From the NCBI GenBank assembly GCA_963575745.1, contig CAUYUJ010000181.1, positions 558,001 to 622,000 on the forward strand: a stretch of 64,000 bases of DNA. The letters are read 5' to 3'. Under the pieces are notes generated by a model. It saw only the letters and a program-made list of their open reading frames with translations, did not search any database and was not told where the DNA came from. Below, piece after piece: positions 60,225-64,000 of the stretch. The stretch is from Prorocentrum cordatum (lineage: Eukaryota). The position numbers and the translations under genes were made by a program. The stretch's first letter is position 1. Each line of letters starts with the position of its first letter.

Positions 60225-60723
60225 CGGCGTGGGTGGGCGCATTGGGTGGGGAACTCTTGGACAAGGAATCCAGGGTCTGGAGGACGGTGGAACTCCAGTC
60301 GAGGCTTGGCCATGGTCATCATACCGCCGCCCTCATCAGACAAGGAATCCTCCAGGGTCTGCAGCCTCCTGGGCGCATTCCTCAACCAACGCCCCCACCG
60401 CACCCCCACCGAACATCGGCGCTCCTGAATCGATGAGAGGCCCGGGTAGGGTTCGGATGTCGCCGCGTGTTCGACGAGTTCCGAACCCTCCGGCCGGACC
60501 TGGGACAGAAGAACGCCCTCCAAGAACATGAGACACTCCGCCGGCCAAACTGAAGAACCTTCGAGGTGGCCCTCCCCGAGGATGCACAAGAGCACACAAC
60601 AAGCATGAAGAACGGTAGGGTACGGTACCTTCCCCGACCCGACCCCGATCTTATGCCTCGGCCCGACCGTACCCCCGCCGCCCATCGAGTTGCCCGAGTG
60701 GTTGATCGGTGAGGGTAATTGAG

Positions 60724-60948
60724 CAGGGACCGACCGTCCCGGCATTCCTATAGGCCTACCACGGAATGTTCTTAGAACCCAAAATGTTCGAACAACAAGA
60801 AGCAATGCTCTTAGAGCATGCACCCGATGTGTTAAAACAGGACGGTCCCGGCCAGAAATGTTCCAAGAACATCTCGTGGAAACCACAAAAAAGGTTATTA
60901 GAACACTGCTTGGTAGGCCCATAGGCAGGCCAGGACGTTTCGCCACTG
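60724..60948. mobile_element. MITE family M2
   Basis: Imperfect ~33-bp TIRs CAGGGACCGACCGTCCCGGCATTCCTATAGGCC / GGCCCATAGGCAGGCCAGGACGTTTCGCCACTG. Confidence 0.75.
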
Positions 60949-61024
60949 CCTGCGGCAGGGCTCGGCGTTCGCCGACGACTGGCTTCCCTCCAGGGCCCCG
61001 AACGCGGAGCCTCGGCGCGCCGAC

Positions 61025-61137
61025 CAGGCAGTGGGCAGCGGGGCCCACGAGAAGACCTGCTGCAGCAGGCACTGCAGGCCCTCCTCGCGCGGGAGGCACG
61101 CCAGCCCCAGCGAGGCGGCGTGGGCGGCCGCCAGCTC
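61025..61137 (-). CDS. internal exon of WW-domain-like gene
   Basis: ELAAAHAASLGLACLPREEGLQCLLQQVFSWARCPLP with high GC at third codon positions (GC3). It ends in PLP, as expected just before a WW domain. 3' boundary uncertain. Confidence 0.6.
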
Positions 61138-61369
61138 CTCGGCCCGAGCCGCCCCGATGCGCAGCGCGCAGCCCGCAGCGTGTCGACACGCAGCTCGAGC
61201 ACGGAGATGGCCAGCGTATATTTACGTCTGGCGCGAGGCGTTCGCCAGAACGTGGGCCAGCACGTGCCGAGCCAGCACGCAGCGTGCCGACACGCAGCGT
61301 GCTCACGCGCACGTTTTGAACACAGCACGTGCGGCGTGTCAAAACGGGCGCATCAGGGCAGCTAAGCTC

Positions 61370-62230
61370 CTCGGACCACGCTGTGGCCTCGCTGCCTGCG
61401 CAGGGCGCCGCGCCCGGCACAGGGCGCGACGGCCGCGCCGGCCCTGGACGCGGCGGCTCCGGGTGCGGCCAGGGCCAGGCTTCAGACAGCAGCGGAGGCC
61501 CCGCGCCGCCGCCCTCGCCGCCGCCCCGGGCCGCGCGGACCTCGCCGGCGCCCCTCGGCGACGAGGACTGCGGCGTGCGGGCCGCCAGGGCCCCTGGCGA
61601 GGAGCAGTCCGAGGCGCGGGCCGCCTCCCCGGCGGCCCCTGGCGAGCCCTGGCCGCGACCTGCGGCGCGCGGGGCGGCCGGGGCACACTCGGCGCCCACC
61701 TCGGCGGGCTCCGCCGCCTCGCCGGGCAGCTCCGCACCACCGCGGGCCTCGGGCTCTGCCGCTTGCTCGGGCTGCTCGGTGCCTCCGCCGCTGCAGCCGA
61801 GCTCGTCGCTCCCACCGCCCTGCGGCTGCTGCTGCTCGGCTGAAGGCCCCTCGCGGTGCTCGGCCTCTGGCGGCCCGCTGCGCGGTCGCGTGCGACGACC
61901 GCCGCTGCCCGGCAGGGCCCCCGGGGATCGGCGGCCCCTCGCGGGCCTGTGCGCTCCTGGGGCGCCGGCGAGCGGAGCGCTCTGGCAGGCCGGCGCAGAA
62001 GTCCGCCGCGGCGCTGGCGGCGCGGAGGCCGCCGCTGCCGGCATCGTGGGCGCCCCTGAGCGCCACCGCGCCCGCGGCGGCGCCGGCGCCACTGGCAGCA
62101 CTGCGGCCACGGAGGGCAGCCGCGCCCGCGCGCGGGGCACGCGGCGAGACGGGGCCCGGGGCCAGCGGGCCGTGGCTGCAGCTGCTGCCGCCGGTGCTAC
62201 CGCTGCCGCTGGTGCGGCCGCGGCCAAGGG

Positions 62231-62272
<42 letters not shown>

Positions 62273-63140
62273 CTGTGCTACAATCGCGGGGCGCCTCCGA
62301 GCGCGGGAGAGGCACCAGCGTCGAAATCCCAGGTAGCGAGGCCTGAAGGGCAGCCTGCTGGGCTCGGTCGGCCATGCCGGGAGCGCCGCAGCCATCGACG
62401 CGGTCGGAAGCAGCGACCGCGCTGACAGTCAGTAGTGGTTGCTGCGGCTGAGGCTGATCATGCAGCTGTTCCGGTATATGCTTATGTGGCTCGCCTGCTT
62501 GGCGCAAGCAAACATGCGACGATGGTAGCCGGCATGGCTGAGACTGCTCGCACTGATGGTGCTGCCAGTTCTGCTGGTGGTGGCACTGTTGATGCGGGCT
62601 TTGGGAGCGATTCGGGCAAGGCTGCTGCTGTTGACCCAAAAAGTGTCCCCGGTTCTGAAGTGTGTCTTGTAACAAATTGCTGTGCTGCACAGGCTGGCAA
62701 GGTTGCTGCAGCGGCGGCAACGGCGACCGATTGCACTGGCCGAGGGCGTGCACATTTCCGTGCTTTAGCCGTGGCTGGACAAACTGACGGTAGTGGCCAC
62801 GGCGGTGCTGCTGGCACTCGGTGCCGTGCCGCTGCTGCTGGCGACTCTGCTGCTGTGGATGCAGCTGCGGCTGCTGCCGTGGCGACTGCCGCGGGAACTC
62901 GTGCTGGCCCTGCAGCAGCGGCAGCCCTGCGGACAGAGCCCTGGCGCCCAGCCGCGGTGGCTCCGCGGGCGCTGGCGTGGACACGCCCGCGCGCGCCTCC
63001 GAGAGCGAGCGCCGTGGCGGGCAGCGCGCGCTAGCGGGCGCCAGCCCTGGCGGCGCGGCCGACGCCGCGGGGGCGCGCACCTCCTCGATCGCCGCGCGCG
63101 CGGCCAGGAACAGGGGCGTGGGGCACGCGGCGGGCGAGAC
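61370..63140 (-). CDS. large Gln/Ser/Ala-rich exon of the same gene, with a frame switch near 61870
   Basis: VSPAACPTPLFLAARAAIEEVRAP...QQQ-rich...; continues in another frame as EAEHREGPSAEQQQ...ATAWSE. Both boundaries sit in direct repeats. Confidence 0.55.
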
Positions 63141-63150
63141 CTCCATGAAA

Positions 63151-63384
63151 CAGGGACCGACCGTCCCGGCATTCCTATAGACAAAACAAAGCATTTTCCC
63201 ATGCTCCTAGAACCCATCGATGTTCTTATAACAAAACACGCTTTTCAGCACACATATTTCCCGACGAATGAAAACACGACAGCCTCTGAAAGAACTGTTC
63301 TAAGAGCGTTTCGCGCAGACCACCGAAAGGACCTCAGAAGACTCCTTGGTGGGCCGGCAGGCAAGCCAGGACGTTCCGCCACTG
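63151..63384. mobile_element. MITE family M2, intronic
   Basis: Same termini as the copies at 22607 and 60724. Confidence 0.75.
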
Positions 63385-63570
63385 GGGAACCCAAAAGGCA
63401 CCGATGCCGTTACTCCCCGGACCTCTCCTGGGGTGCGTTCTGACCAGGACTTCGAGGCGAATCCAGTGGTGGCGACGAGGGCCGCCCAGGAGGCCCAAAA
63501 AGGGGAACACGGGCGGGGGGGGTCGAGGTATGGGTGTACCTCTGCCTCCTCGTGAGCCACTGCTCGAGAC

Positions 63571-63805
63571 CTCCAGCCGCGCGCAGCTGCCGCGCGCAGC
63601 TGCCGGGCGCTCAGCCAGCGCCGGGGCGGCCGCAGCGGCCGCAGCGCCAGCCGCGGCGGCCGCAGCGCGGCGCCAGGCCGCCGCGGCAGCGCCGGGCGCC
63701 GCCGATGCAGGCAGTGCGCGGGCGGCGGGCACGTCGGCGGGGCCCGCCGCGGGCACGGCGGCCGCGCGGCAGTCGCGGAGGCGCTGGGCCACCGCAGGGT
63801 TCTTG
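63571..63805 (-). CDS. upstream Ala-rich exon of the same gene
   Basis: Pyrimidine tract + CAG acceptor; KNPAVAQRLRDCRAAA...CARLE; the GAG|GT donor joins in frame to 63140. Confidence 0.55.
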
Positions 63806-63823
63806 CTGGCCCGGGGGAACAAA

Positions 63824-64000
63824 AAGTGGCATATAAACATAAAAACTCGGAGGTCCGCGCGGATTTCTCGGATCGGCGCTGGACCCCCCTCGCTGGCGCG
63901 CGGAGCGCGCCAGGGGCGGCGCCGGAGGCACCGCCGGGGGGCCCCAGCGCCGATCCGAGAAATCCGCGCGGGCCTCCGAGTTTTTATGTTTATGCCGCTT
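63824..64000. mobile_element. foldback MITE with ~65-bp near-perfect arms
   Basis: TAAACATAAAAACTCGGAGGTCCGCGCGGATTTCTCGGATCGGCGCTGG ... CCAGCGCCGATCCGAGAAATCCGCGCGGGCCTCCGAGTTTTTATGTTTA; runs to the window edge. Confidence 0.85.

Overview
Eukaryotic, GC-rich, repeat-dominated DNA. It is almost certainly dinoflagellate nuclear DNA, because a 21/22 match to the dinoflagellate spliced leader lies at 60203-60224 (-). Most ORFs in the supplied track are artefacts of (GAG)n, (CAT)n, (CA)n and (CG)n repeats. The first third appears to be one ~19.7-kb non-coding insertion (1355-21081) with ~67-bp imperfect terminal inverted repeats (TIRs) and a 5-bp ATGGT duplication; a nearby paralogue shows the empty site. 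Nested inside are two copies of a ~5-kb CAG...CTG, TA/TG-flanked element. Each copy has a ~640-bp head, an array of 23-25 hairpin units separated by variable palindromic (CG)n linkers, a 93-bp tandem block and a tail. The rest of the window holds decayed RTE-type LINEs, several MITE families, an element always embedded in (CCT)n, and a tandem Helentron-like repeat. It also holds a multi-exon WW-domain gene (minus strand, probably damaged) with introner-like introns, one of which contains a spliced-leader retrogene. All alignments and counts were made by eye, so boundaries may be off by a few bases.
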